A stretch of DNA of 64,000 nt from contig JARGGJ010000004.1 of the NCBI GenBank assembly GCA_029210915.1, positions 15,327-79,326 on the forward strand, given 5' to 3'. The position numbers were made by a program, and so were the translations under genes. Below are positions 44,784 to 53,472 of this stretch, one piece after another. The notes under the pieces are model-generated. The model was given only the letters and a program-made list of their open reading frames with translations, ran no database searches and was not told where the DNA came from. The stretch comes from Patescibacteria group bacterium (GTDB taxonomy: Bacteria > Patescibacteriota > Patescibacteriia > 2-12-FULL-60-25). Every line of letters begins with the position of its first letter. The stretch's first letter is position 1.

Positions 44784-45271
44784 TATTTTGTATCATTTAC
44801 CCTTACAGTTTCCGCTTTGGAATCATCATCAACATCAAATTCAGATACCGAGCAAAGCTCGGGGGCAACCTTGCTATTGTGCCCCAATAAATCAAAAAGA
44901 TTTTGTATAACATCGGAGTGCGAAACTATTATTATAGTTTCATGTTCATACTTTTGCCGTAATCCATTTAAAAAAGTCTCGACTCTATTTTTAAAAACCT
45001 CGGCTGATTCAGAAGGATCTATCATGCGCAAATCTTTGGTTAGCATAACGGTAACATCTGGCATACCATCGGAAATTACGTAAGCTGTAGCAGCAGCTCG
45101 TAAAATATCACTGCTGTAAATATAGCCAACTTTATAAGTGCTTAAATGTTTAGCCAGTAATTCGGCTTGGGCTTTACCGCTTTCCGATAAAGCGCCTATA
45201 ACACCCTCATTGTGGTGAAACCCGTTACCATCCGGGTTAGATTCCGCGTGTCTTACGATTAATAACTTCAT
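44780..45271 (-). CDS. Histidine phosphatase (phosphoglycerate mutase-like) family protein
   Basis: 163 aa. MKLLIVRHAESN is the RHG catalytic motif. The later SHSDVIQ may carry the second catalytic His. Confidence 0.8.
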   Translation of the reverse strand: MKLLIVRHAESNPDGNGFHHNEGVIGALSESGKAQAELLAKHLSTYKVGYIYSSDILRAAATAYVISDGMPDVTVMLTKDLRMIDPSESAEVFKNRVETFLNGLRQKYEHETIIIVSHSDVIQNLFDLLGHNSKVAPELCSVSEFDVDDDSKAETVRVNDTKY

Positions 45272-45272
45272 A

Positions 45273-46562
45273 TTATTTTCTACCTATGGATAAATATTGC
45301 CAGCCCGCTTCTTTGGCGCGAGCCGGATCAAAAAGATTACGTGTATCAACAAGCAAATCACCTGCCGATGATTTGCGTAGTTTTAAAAGATCGATTGTGC
45401 GGAATTGCTCCCATTCAGTAGCAACGATTACGGCATGCGCGCCCTCGGATGCTTTGTAAGGGCAATCGATATGCGCGAGCTCATAACCATCCAAATCATT
45501 TGGCGCGACAACAGCGACTGGATCATGAGCAATAACCGTTGCACCGTGATTTAAGAGATATTTAATGATCTCGATCGAGGCCGATTCGCGAGTATCATCC
45601 GTATTTCCTTTAAAAGCCAAGCCGAGAATGGCTATCTTTTTTTGATCCAAACTGCCGAGCTTTTCTTCGAGACGCTTGGCCATGCGAATTCGCGCTTGTT
45701 CATTAAGTTCGTGTGCGGCGTTGACAACGGGTAGCGGAACTCCTTTTTGTTTGGCCAGATGGCGCATCGCGCGAACATCCTTAGGGAAACAGCTCCCACC
45801 CCAACCCGGGCCGGCCTTTAGAAAGTCTTTGCCGATACGCGGGTCGGAGCCGATACCGAGCGCGACGTCTGAAATATCCGCGCCGACTTCTTCGGCCAAA
45901 ACAGCCATCTCGTTGATAAAACTAATCTTGGTGGCCAAAAAAGAATTAGCCGCGTATTTTGTGAGTTCTGCACTGCGGCGATCCATAACAAGTTTGGGGC
46001 AATCTACATGTTCGTAAGCTTGGAGCATGCGATCTTTAGCATCATCGGCTGTAGTGCCGATGATGATGCGGGCAGGATGCAGAAAATCGTAAACCGCGTG
46101 ACCTTCGCGCAAAAACTCGGGATTAGATATAACATCAACTTGGACACCCGAGACTTCGCGGATTATTGCTTCAACTTTTTCCGCAGTACCAACAGGGACG
46201 GTGCTTTTGTCGGCGATGACGGTGTACTCGGTTATATGAGCGCCAATGTCTCGAGCCGCGGCTTCAATATATTGCATATCTACGGATCCATCATCGGCAG
46301 ATGGCGTACCGACGGCAATAGAGATCAGTTCGGCGCCGAGGATGGCATCTTCGTAAGAATCGGTAAAAAATAAACGACCGGCTTGGACGTTTCGTAGAAC
46401 CACGGAGTCTAAACCGGGCTCATATATGGGCATTATCCCCTCTTTAAGTTTTGCTATTTTTTCGGATTGAACATCCAGGCAAGTTACAATGTTACCGAGT
46501 TCCGCGAGGCACGCACCCGAGACTAAACCCACATAGCCTGTACCGATTACTGTGATTTTCAT
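45273..46562 (-). CDS. ugd: UDP-glucose 6-dehydrogenase
   Basis: 429 aa. MKITVIGTGYVGLVSGACLA Rossmann start, catalytic Cys context GWGGSCFPKD. Confidence 0.93.
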   Translation of the reverse strand: MKITVIGTGYVGLVSGACLAELGNIVTCLDVQSEKIAKLKEGIMPIYEPGLDSVVLRNVQAGRLFFTDSYEDAILGAELISIAVGTPSADDGSVDMQYIEAAARDIGAHITEYTVIADKSTVPVGTAEKVEAIIREVSGVQVDVISNPEFLREGHAVYDFLHPARIIIGTTADDAKDRMLQAYEHVDCPKLVMDRRSAELTKYAANSFLATKISFINEMAVLAEEVGADISDVALGIGSDPRIGKDFLKAGPGWGGSCFPKDVRAMRHLAKQKGVPLPVVNAAHELNEQARIRMAKRLEEKLGSLDQKKIAILGLAFKGNTDDTRESASIEIIKYLLNHGATVIAHDPVAVVAPNDLDGYELAHIDCPYKASEGAHAVIVATEWEQFRTIDLLKLRKSSAGDLLVDTRNLFDPARAKEAGWQYLSIGRK

Positions 46563-46636
46563 ATCTATATTAAATCATTTTAAATTCAAATAGCCCAGAT
46601 AATGTCAACCATAAAACCGCCCTAAGGCGGTTTTTG

Positions 46637-49294
46637 TTAAATTACAATGTTTAGAATTCTGCCGGGAACATAGATAACTTTTTTCGGCTCAGTACCATCT
46701 AAATACTTTTTCACATTCTCATCTTGCATAGCTGCTTCCATAGCCTCGGACTCTTTAGCATCGGGCGCGATTGTGATTTCACCGCGGACTTTGCCGTTAA
46801 TTTGGACGCCGAGGGTAATTGTATCTTCGATGAGCAAATCCGGATTGTAAGTTGGCCAAGCTTCCAAGTGGATTGATGATTCGTTGCCAAAATTGTGCCA
46901 GATTTGTTCGGCGATATGTGGAGCGAAAGGCGCTATCAATTTAAGATACGTTTTATAATCATCATCCGTGACTGATTCGGATTCGAGGAGAGTGTTAGTT
47001 AAGATCATGAGTTGCGAAATAGCTGTGTTGAAGCGCATCGCATCGATATCGTCGCCGACTTTTTTGATGGACTTGTGTAAGATTGATTCGTATTTCGTAT
47101 TTCGTATTTCGAATTTCGCGTCCGAAGGATTCGTTGTTCGTAATTCGTCGTTCGTAGTTCGAGTTTGATGGAGTGACCAGATTTTATCCAGGAAGCGTTT
47201 GATGCCTTGGATGCCGTGGGTATCCCAAGGAGCGTCCGTATCAAATGGACCCATAAACATTTCGTAGCAACGAAAAACATCGGATCCGTATTCGGAGATG
47301 ACATCATCCGGATTAACAACGTTACCTTTGGACTTAGACATCTTTATTCCACCCTCACCCAAGATCATGCCGTGAGCTGTGCGCTTGGCATAAGGCTCGA
47401 CTCCGCAAGACTCGGGGATGTGGCCCAAATCGTGTAAAACTTTGTACCAAAAGCGAGAGTATAGAAGGTGAAGAGTGGTGTGTTCCATGCCACCGTCGTA
47501 AAGATCAACGGGCATCCAATACTTGAGAGCTTCGGGTGACGCGAAGACTTGATCGTTTTCCGCATCACAATAGCGCAAGAAATACCAAGATGAGCCCGCC
47601 CAGTTGGGCATGGTATCGGTTTCGCGCTTGGCATTGCCTCCGCAAGCCGGGCAAGTAGTGTTTACCCAATCAATGATGACTGAAAGTGGTGATTCGCCGC
47701 TGTCGGTTGGTTCGTAGTTTTCGACATCCGGAAGAAGAATCGGAAGTTCCGACTCTGCGACAGGTTGCCAACCGCATTTTTCACAATGAATCATCGGAAT
47801 CGGCTCGCCCCAATAACGCTGGCGAGAAAAAACCCAATCACGTTGTTTGTAATTTGTGCAACCATGGCCGGCGCCATGCTCTTCGAGCCAAGCAACTATT
47901 TTTTCTTGAGATTTATCAGTTGTGAGATCGTTTAAAAATTCGGAGTTAATGGAAATGCCCTCACCTATCCAGCATTCTGATTCGACTCTAACATCTTCTT
48001 GAGAGACCGGCGTAATATTGGCCGGAGGATGAGAAAGTTCAGCTAGAGCCGGAGGCACTACCACCTTAATAATGGGTAACTCGAATTTTTTGGCGAATTC
48101 ATAATCCCGTTCATCGTGAGCGGGAACGGCCATGATGGCACCCGTGCCGTAGCCCGCCAAGACATAGTCGGCGATCCATACGGGCACTTCTTTGCCGGTT
48201 GCTGGGTTCACGGCTTTTAGACCATGGATCTCTACTCCGGTTTTTTCTTTATTTTCCTGGCGTTCACGATCTGATTTTTTGCGAGTTGTTTCTTGATAAT
48301 CTTTTACTTCTTTTATATTTTCTATTGCATCATGATCGATCCACGAGGTTAAAAGTGGATGCTCGGGTGAGAGAACCAAGTATGTTGCACCAAAAAGGGT
48401 ATCGGGGCGGGTTGTAAAAACTTCTATCTCGTCTATGGTCCTATGTACATGGTCCTGGCTTTGGTTTTGAGTAATTGCAAATTTTATGAGAGCTCCTTCG
48501 GAGCGGCCGATCCAGTTGATTTGCTGGGTTTTTATCTTATCGAGATAATTAACATCTGAGAGTTCATCGATAAGGCGGTTGGCGTATTTGGTTATACGCA
48601 TCATCCATTGTTCTTTTTCGCGCTTTTCAACCTCACCTCCACAACGCTCGCAAACTCCGCCTTGCGCTTCTTCGTTTGATAAACCGATTTTGCAGGCCGG
48701 GCACCAGTTGATTGTTGTGGTGGTTTTATATACGATGCGTTTTGAATCTCTATAATTGCGAATTGCCAAGTCACCATCTTTTTGAATTTCGGCGGGGATC
48801 TCGAGTTCGGTTATAGGACGAGCCTTCTGCAATGATTCATCAAAATAGGCATTGTAGAATTGAATGAACATCCATTGAGTCCATTTGTAATATTTGGGAT
48901 CTGTTGTGTTGATTTCGCGCGACCAATCAAAACCGGTTCCGAGCGATTGGGTTTGACGTTTAAAAGTTGCGACGTTCTTCTCGGTGATTATGGCCGGTTG
49001 CATCTTTTTCTTGATAGCAGCGTTTTCCGTTGGTAAACCAAAAGCATCCCAACCGATGGGGTACATTACATTTAAACCCTCCATGCGTTTTTTACGGGAG
49101 ACTATATCCAGAGCCGTGTAAGATCGCGGATGGCCAACATGCAGGCCATCGCCCGATGGATATGGGAACTCGACCAGAGTGTAAAACTTTTTATCTTTGG
49201 TATCTGATGGTTGTTTTGCGTGATAAATTCCATTATCTTCCCACCATTTTTGCCATTTTTGTTCGATATCTTGAAAAGGGTATTTGTTTGCCAT
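46637..49294 (-). CDS. leuS: Leucine--tRNA ligase, with two repeat-derived in-frame insertions
   Basis: 885 aa. HIGH motif (GLHVGHPRSY), KMSKSKGN, CP1 editing domain (TTRPDTLFGATY). The segments TRTTNDELRTTNPSDAKFEIRNTKYES and QNQSQDHVHRT are encoded by repeat families also found intergenically. Confidence 0.97.
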   Translation of the reverse strand: MANKYPFQDIEQKWQKWWEDNGIYHAKQPSDTKDKKFYTLVEFPYPSGDGLHVGHPRSYTALDIVSRKKRMEGLNVMYPIGWDAFGLPTENAAIKKKMQPAIITEKNVATFKRQTQSLGTGFDWSREINTTDPKYYKWTQWMFIQFYNAYFDESLQKARPITELEIPAEIQKDGDLAIRNYRDSKRIVYKTTTTINWCPACKIGLSNEEAQGGVCERCGGEVEKREKEQWMMRITKYANRLIDELSDVNYLDKIKTQQINWIGRSEGALIKFAITQNQSQDHVHRTIDEIEVFTTRPDTLFGATYLVLSPEHPLLTSWIDHDAIENIKEVKDYQETTRKKSDRERQENKEKTGVEIHGLKAVNPATGKEVPVWIADYVLAGYGTGAIMAVPAHDERDYEFAKKFELPIIKVVVPPALAELSHPPANITPVSQEDVRVESECWIGEGISINSEFLNDLTTDKSQEKIVAWLEEHGAGHGCTNYKQRDWVFSRQRYWGEPIPMIHCEKCGWQPVAESELPILLPDVENYEPTDSGESPLSVIIDWVNTTCPACGGNAKRETDTMPNWAGSSWYFLRYCDAENDQVFASPEALKYWMPVDLYDGGMEHTTLHLLYSRFWYKVLHDLGHIPESCGVEPYAKRTAHGMILGEGGIKMSKSKGNVVNPDDVISEYGSDVFRCYEMFMGPFDTDAPWDTHGIQGIKRFLDKIWSLHQTRTTNDELRTTNPSDAKFEIRNTKYESILHKSIKKVGDDIDAMRFNTAISQLMILTNTLLESESVTDDDYKTYLKLIAPFAPHIAEQIWHNFGNESSIHLEAWPTYNPDLLIEDTITLGVQINGKVRGEITIAPDAKESEAMEAAMQDENVKKYLDGTEPKKVIYVPGRILNIVI
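47088..47163. repeat. ttcgta/ttcgtagttcg tandem units inside leuS
   Basis: ttcgtatttcgtatttcgtatttcgaatttcgcgtccgaaggattcgttgttcgtaattcgtcgttcgtagttcgag, in frame. Confidence 0.9.
48437..48471. repeat. gtacatggtcctgg-family element inside leuS
   Basis: ggtcctatgtacatggtcctggctttggttttgag. About 25 nt are near-identical to 53486-53516. Confidence 0.9.
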
Positions 49295-49472
49295 AATGGG
49301 AATACTATAAACTGAGCTTGCGATAAACTCAAGTCCTCCATAGTATTGCGTTAATAACGTTTATAACCCCGTTATGCAACGGGGCAGGCTGTTTATAACG
49401 AGTTAATGTGGTTATCTGTAAATACAAAAATCCCCCATTGTGAAATGGAGGATTTGTTTTTTTGGTTGGTAC

Positions 49473-49730
49473 TTAGCGAGCTTCGGCAGGACGAGCCATA
49501 TTGACTACGATCTGACGACCACCCATGTCAGTCTCATTCAACATCTCGATAGCTTTCTCAGCGGCTGCTTCGTCTGTCATTTCGACGAAAGCGAATCCAC
49601 GAGGACGGCGAGTTTCGCGATCTAATGGGATGAACACGGATACTACATCACCAGCTGCGGAGAACATCTCTTCGAGTTCTGCATCAGTTGTGCGATAAGG
49701 AATACCACCTACAAATAATTTTACAGGCAT
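49473..49730 (-). CDS. RRM-type (RNP-1/RNP-2) RNA-binding protein
   Basis: KLFVGGIPY (RNP-2) and RGFAFVEM (RNP-1). The track start at 49772 was trimmed to the ATG at 49730 (MPVKLFVGG). Confidence 0.85.
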   Translation of the reverse strand: MPVKLFVGGIPYRTTDAELEEMFSAAGDVVSVFIPLDRETRRPRGFAFVEMTDEAAAEKAIEMLNETDMGGRQIVVNMARPAEAR

Positions 49731-49957
49731 GCGTATAACATGAATAATTAAACTGGACTTCTTTGCGCACACCAGACGTAAAACTACATCCTACTCCTTC
49801 GACCCTGACAGGGATGGCCCCTATTAGGATGGCATTCGCACGAACATTCCAAGTAGGAGGATAGCACAAATAGTGAAAAAATGCAAGCCCAATCCTCTAT
49901 TTAGCATGACTGTTTGCACCAATATACCCCAAAATGCTATCTTAAATGGGTATAAAT

Positions 49958-50683
49958 ATGAAAAAAATACACTTTTTAACGGTTTTCTTACTTTTTGTGG
50001 CTTTTGTAAAGGCCGGCTGTCAGCAAGAACCTCCCCGAGAGAATGCACCGATAATTTCACAGACACCGGCCTTGGTTTCCTTGGAGGAAGCAAACCAAGC
50101 GGAAGATGAAATTTACGAAAATAAATTAGGCGCCATGCCATGCTTACAATTTAAATATAGCGAGGGATTTTTAAAATGGCTCGAGGCTTACAGAACAGCC
50201 GATTCGGAAGCTGCATTAAAAATGGCTCGAGGCATAAGCTTGCCCGATAATCCGGAACCGCAAATGGTAGAAGCTCTAAAAATGTCACAGACCGAGGGTG
50301 CCCTGCAAACCAGTTTGTGCAATGTTCATAAAGGATTGGGTATTTTTACTTGGGCTGTGGAGTTTGCGGATGAAACGAACATCTATACATATAGAAAGCC
50401 GGATTATAAAAAATTGAACGTAGCAATAAAAGCTAATACAGATGCATCACAGATATATTCGAGTTCTACGGATTTAACACAATTGGCACTACCCTCGTGC
50501 TTGCCAAAAACGATAACCCCTTCGGAGTTAATTTGGTTTTGCGGTACACCTTATGAAAACTGGAAAGAGGTTCATGTAAACAGGAAGCTGGGAAACATGA
50601 AACAAATATCTTGCGAGATCAAAAAAGGAGATGAAACCGTGAAGCCGGGCTTGGGATGTTTAGACCCGAGTGCAGCGAACTAA
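49958..50683 (+). CDS. Hypothetical lipoprotein
   Basis: MKKIHFLTVFLLFVAFVKAGC lipobox, Cys-containing mature part. No family recognised. Confidence 0.6.
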   Translation: MKKIHFLTVFLLFVAFVKAGCQQEPPRENAPIISQTPALVSLEEANQAEDEIYENKLGAMPCLQFKYSEGFLKWLEAYRTADSEAALKMARGISLPDNPEPQMVEALKMSQTEGALQTSLCNVHKGLGIFTWAVEFADETNIYTYRKPDYKKLNVAIKANTDASQIYSSSTDLTQLALPSCLPKTITPSELIWFCGTPYENWKEVHVNRKLGNMKQISCEIKKGDETVKPGLGCLDPSAAN

Positions 50684-50788
50684 TCAAAGCCGATATCGCC
50701 AAAGGCCGATTAAGAGCTGATGGCGGATTAGATCCTGTGGACTGGATCCTGAAATGAATTCCGGATGGTTGCAAACAAAATGCATAGA

Positions 50789-52252
50789 TCAGTTGCCGGA
50801 GACTTGGACATCGACACCTTCGGTTTTGCGGAAGCCGATGCGGTCGGGGGCGTAATCGGAGCTTAAGCCCATCATGGAGGCAAAGATGATGGATTCCTCG
50901 CCGTGGCGGTCGCGGATGGCGTCGATACAATCCCCCAATTCGAGACCATGTCTCGAATATCCCCCTTTGACAAGGGGGCTTTTAAGAGAATATTTGAGTT
51001 GGAGTTGATGATTGGGTGGGACCAAGTCGGACAGAGTTATGGCGAGGAAGGTTACTTGTTCGCCCTGCCAGATTTGTTCCAGCACTTGCGTAGCCGCATG
51101 AACCAAACTGAAAGGATCGTTGGCAGGGTCGACAAACTTAACCGTTTGGCTCAAACCCACCCCAAACCCCTCCCTTGTCAAGGAGGGACTTGTTTCACTG
51201 CTTCCCCCTGACAAGGGGGAGTGAGGGGGTTTGAACGAAGCTTGGATGGTCATGGTGCGGGCGTAATGACCGAAGCTTCTAAGGCGGCGGCCGGCGCGTT
51301 CGGTGAGGCGGATTAGGATTGGCAGAATCAGGTTTTGTTCATTAGCGCGTTTGGGGACGCAGAAGGAGTGACCGACGGACTTAGGGATCGAACTACGAAC
51401 CTCGAACGACGAACTACGATTTTCGGAGTCGAAGTTCTGAGTGTCGTCGCTCGTCGCTCGTCCCACGTCGCTCGCCAGAGGAGATTGTTCGAAGCGGTCG
51501 ATTTCTTGGCCGCTTAGGCGCTCGTGCCAGTAGTAGCCGGCAACTCCCAAGGCGCGGATTAGGTTGCCTACTGGATAGTTTTTTAAGTCGAGGAGATTAT
51601 AGATGCCAAGAAGGTTTAAGCGGCGGCGGATGCGTTTGCCGATTCCGCAGGCGTCCTCGAGGTCGCGGGTGGCGAGTGTAGCATCTAAATTTTCGCGGTT
51701 GATGATTGTAAGGCCGTTGGGTTTTTTTATTTCTGAAGCGAGTTTTGCGAGGAACTTGCTGGGCGCGATACCAACAGAGCATGTGAGCCACTCGCCCACT
51801 TCGGATTGAATGCGCATGCGCGCACGGCAAAGTGCCCAAGAAGCCTCGGCTTCGTCGCGGTACCAGCCGGTTAGATCTAAAAAGACTTCGTCTATAGAGT
51901 AGTGCTCCACCTTGTCTGTAAGTTCGTGGAAAAGGGAAAAGACACGCGAGCTGACGGCGCGATATTTAGCCGGATCGTTTTGGATAAATTTCATTTGCGG
52001 GCAAACTTTTTTTGCGATTTCCATACTCATACCAACTTTGACTCCGCACTTTTTAGCTTCGACAGAGGCGGCAATGACACAGCCGGCTTTGTGCAGATAA
52101 GCGCAGACACCCAAAGGACGCCCGCGAAGCTGGGGGTTTGCCTGCTGTTCAACGCTGGCGAAGTAGGAGTTCATGTCGATGTGACTGTATAACTTTCGTC
52201 GCACGTCACTCGTCCTACGTCCCACGTTGGGTGATTTGAGTGTTATCGGCAT
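50789..52252 (-). CDS. dinB: Y-family DNA polymerase IV, expanded by several in-frame repeat insertions
   Basis: HIDMNSYFASVEQ, SIDEVFLDL, IAPSKFLAKLASEIKKPNG, HhH GIGKRIRRRLN. 487 aa versus about 350-400 typical. The extra segments coincide exactly with repeat elements. Confidence 0.88.
   Translation of the reverse strand: MPITLKSPNVGRRTSDVRRKLYSHIDMNSYFASVEQQANPQLRGRPLGVCAYLHKAGCVIAASVEAKKCGVKVGMSMEIAKKVCPQMKFIQNDPAKYRAVSSRVFSLFHELTDKVEHYSIDEVFLDLTGWYRDEAEASWALCRARMRIQSEVGEWLTCSVGIAPSKFLAKLASEIKKPNGLTIINRENLDATLATRDLEDACGIGKRIRRRLNLLGIYNLLDLKNYPVGNLIRALGVAGYYWHERLSGQEIDRFEQSPLASDVGRATSDDTQNFDSENRSSSFEVRSSIPKSVGHSFCVPKRANEQNLILPILIRLTERAGRRLRSFGHYARTMTIQASFKPPHSPLSGGSSETSPSLTREGFGVGLSQTVKFVDPANDPFSLVHAATQVLEQIWQGEQVTFLAITLSDLVPPNHQLQLKYSLKSPLVKGGYSRHGLELGDCIDAIRDRHGEESIIFASMMGLSSDYAPDRIGFRKTEGVDVQVSGN
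50961..50978. repeat. GC-rich palindrome inside dinB (encodes SPLVKGG)
   Basis: CCCCCTTTGACAAGGGGG. Confidence 0.9.
51164..51233. repeat. Compound GC-rich palindromic element inside dinB
   Basis: CAAACCCCTC-CCTTGTCAAGGAGGG-...-CCCCCTGACAAGGGGG-AGTGAGGGGGTTTG. It encodes KPPHSPLSGGSSETSPSLTREGFGVG in frame. Confidence 0.9.
51387..51476. repeat. Two adjacent low-complexity tandem elements inside dinB
   Basis: atcgaactacgaacctcgaacgacgaactacgattttcgg, then gtcgtcgctcgtcgctcgtcccacgtcgctcgcc. A relative of the second (tcgtcgcacgtcactcgtcctacgtcccacg) sits at 52197-52231 in the dinB 5-prime end. Confidence 0.9.
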
Positions 52253-52318
52253 AGATTTGGAGAGCTTTAAAATGTGGCATTTAAAAATGTTGATTACGCT
52301 TTTTTAATTCACTATTTG

Positions 52319-53191
52319 TTACTCTAATTCCTTTAAATTCGATCTTCTTATGAACAAGGCGTTCTTAGAAGAAACCACAGCCTCACCCGTTTGCTCTTCG
52401 ATTTCTTTGCGTGCATTACCGGCAATTTGACCACCGCTTTTTGCGACTGTTTTATTTTCATTAAGATCTTTTGGTAATTTACTTTTGGAGATTGCTGTTG
52501 TGGAGGCTTCGGCGAGCAGGTTTAAAACCAGTTCCAGATTAGTCATATTATCCCGCAAGTTTTCTTTTTTGAGGCCTTTGAAATTTTTGTAATCCCGAAC
52601 GCTCTTGCCTGACCAGGCTTTTGTAATCTCGTTTGTTAGGATGGCGAATTCCAAACCCTCTTTCATTCCCCTTTCTTGCCACTCATCAGTGAGATCTTTT
52701 CTGACTTCGATGGTTTTAAGTCGTTGGTTAATCCATTCTTTGGAATAGCCTTTTTGCAAGTAAGTGCGCATAGCACGGTTAAAAGCCAATTCCGGATCTT
52801 CGGTTTCTTCGATGCGTTCGTAGCCAACTTGAGCAAGCCAGAGTTTTAAAGGCTCGGCTTTTGGAGAAGGGATAGATTGAATTACGCGCAATAGATCTTG
52901 AGTGGAGAAACAATCTGTGGCGTACTTTTTTCCGTCAGAGGCTAATAATTTCAGTTGTACGATTTTTTCGTACACCTCACTTCCTTCATTTCTTAGCTTG
53001 TTTTTAAGATCACTCCAATATCTTTTGGGTATGGTTGAATCAGTTAGAACTTCGATAATGTCGATGATCGAAAAATACCAAAGCTCCCGACCACTATCCC
53101 AGTGACGGCGGACCTGTTTTTCGTGAAAGAGGATGATCGAGCCATGCTTGGGAGCTTGACCATCTTTATTTTGTCGTTTGTCGAATGTCAT
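52319..53191 (-). CDS. Bro-N/KilA-N-like plus DinD-like (DNA-damage-inducible protein D family) protein
   Basis: 290 aa. N-terminal WYFSIIDIIEVLTDS...PKRYWSDLKNKL (Bro-N-like). C-terminal KGLKKENLRDNMTNLELVLNLLAEASTT...GGQIAGNARKEIEEQTG resembles E. coli DinD from memory. Lies between lexA and dinB. Confidence 0.65.
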   Translation of the reverse strand: MTFDKRQNKDGQAPKHGSIILFHEKQVRRHWDSGRELWYFSIIDIIEVLTDSTIPKRYWSDLKNKLRNEGSEVYEKIVQLKLLASDGKKYATDCFSTQDLLRVIQSIPSPKAEPLKLWLAQVGYERIEETEDPELAFNRAMRTYLQKGYSKEWINQRLKTIEVRKDLTDEWQERGMKEGLEFAILTNEITKAWSGKSVRDYKNFKGLKKENLRDNMTNLELVLNLLAEASTTAISKSKLPKDLNENKTVAKSGGQIAGNARKEIEEQTGEAVVSSKNALFIRRSNLKELE

Positions 53192-53226
53192 ATTTTGTTA
53201 CATGCTACAAGTTACATGCTACATGA

Positions 53227-53472
53227 TTACAGTATCGCCATTTCTTCCAACTCCCACTTTAGTGTTTCGGTATAAAAACGCAGACGAAAAGCATTTGCCT
53301 TATCGGTGACGGAATAGATGTACATTTTGTTGCGGCCTTGGCGCTCGGTGTGGACGAGGTTGACCGAGGTGATGCGGTAGTAGCGATTGTTCCACTTAAA
53401 AATCACAGGCTCTGCTCGATCCTGCCTAAACGTAGCTATAACGTCTACGGGTTCTCCAATGTGGCTATACAT
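53227..53472 (-). CDS. Small hypothetical protein (81 aa) in the lexA-dinB operon
   Basis: MYSHIGEPVDVIATFRQDRAEPVIFKWNNRYYRITSVNLVHTERQG... The track start at 53496 lies in a repeat and was trimmed. No family recognised. Confidence 0.5.
   Translation of the reverse strand: MYSHIGEPVDVIATFRQDRAEPVIFKWNNRYYRITSVNLVHTERQGRNKMYIYSVTDKANAFRLRFYTETLKWELEEMAIL

Noticed and set aside
49295-49472. T-box leader upstream of leuS
   Set aside because: There is no T-box sequence (AAUNNGGGUGGUACCGCG-like), no specifier loop and no terminator/antiterminator pair. Only the shared hairpin motif is reported separately.
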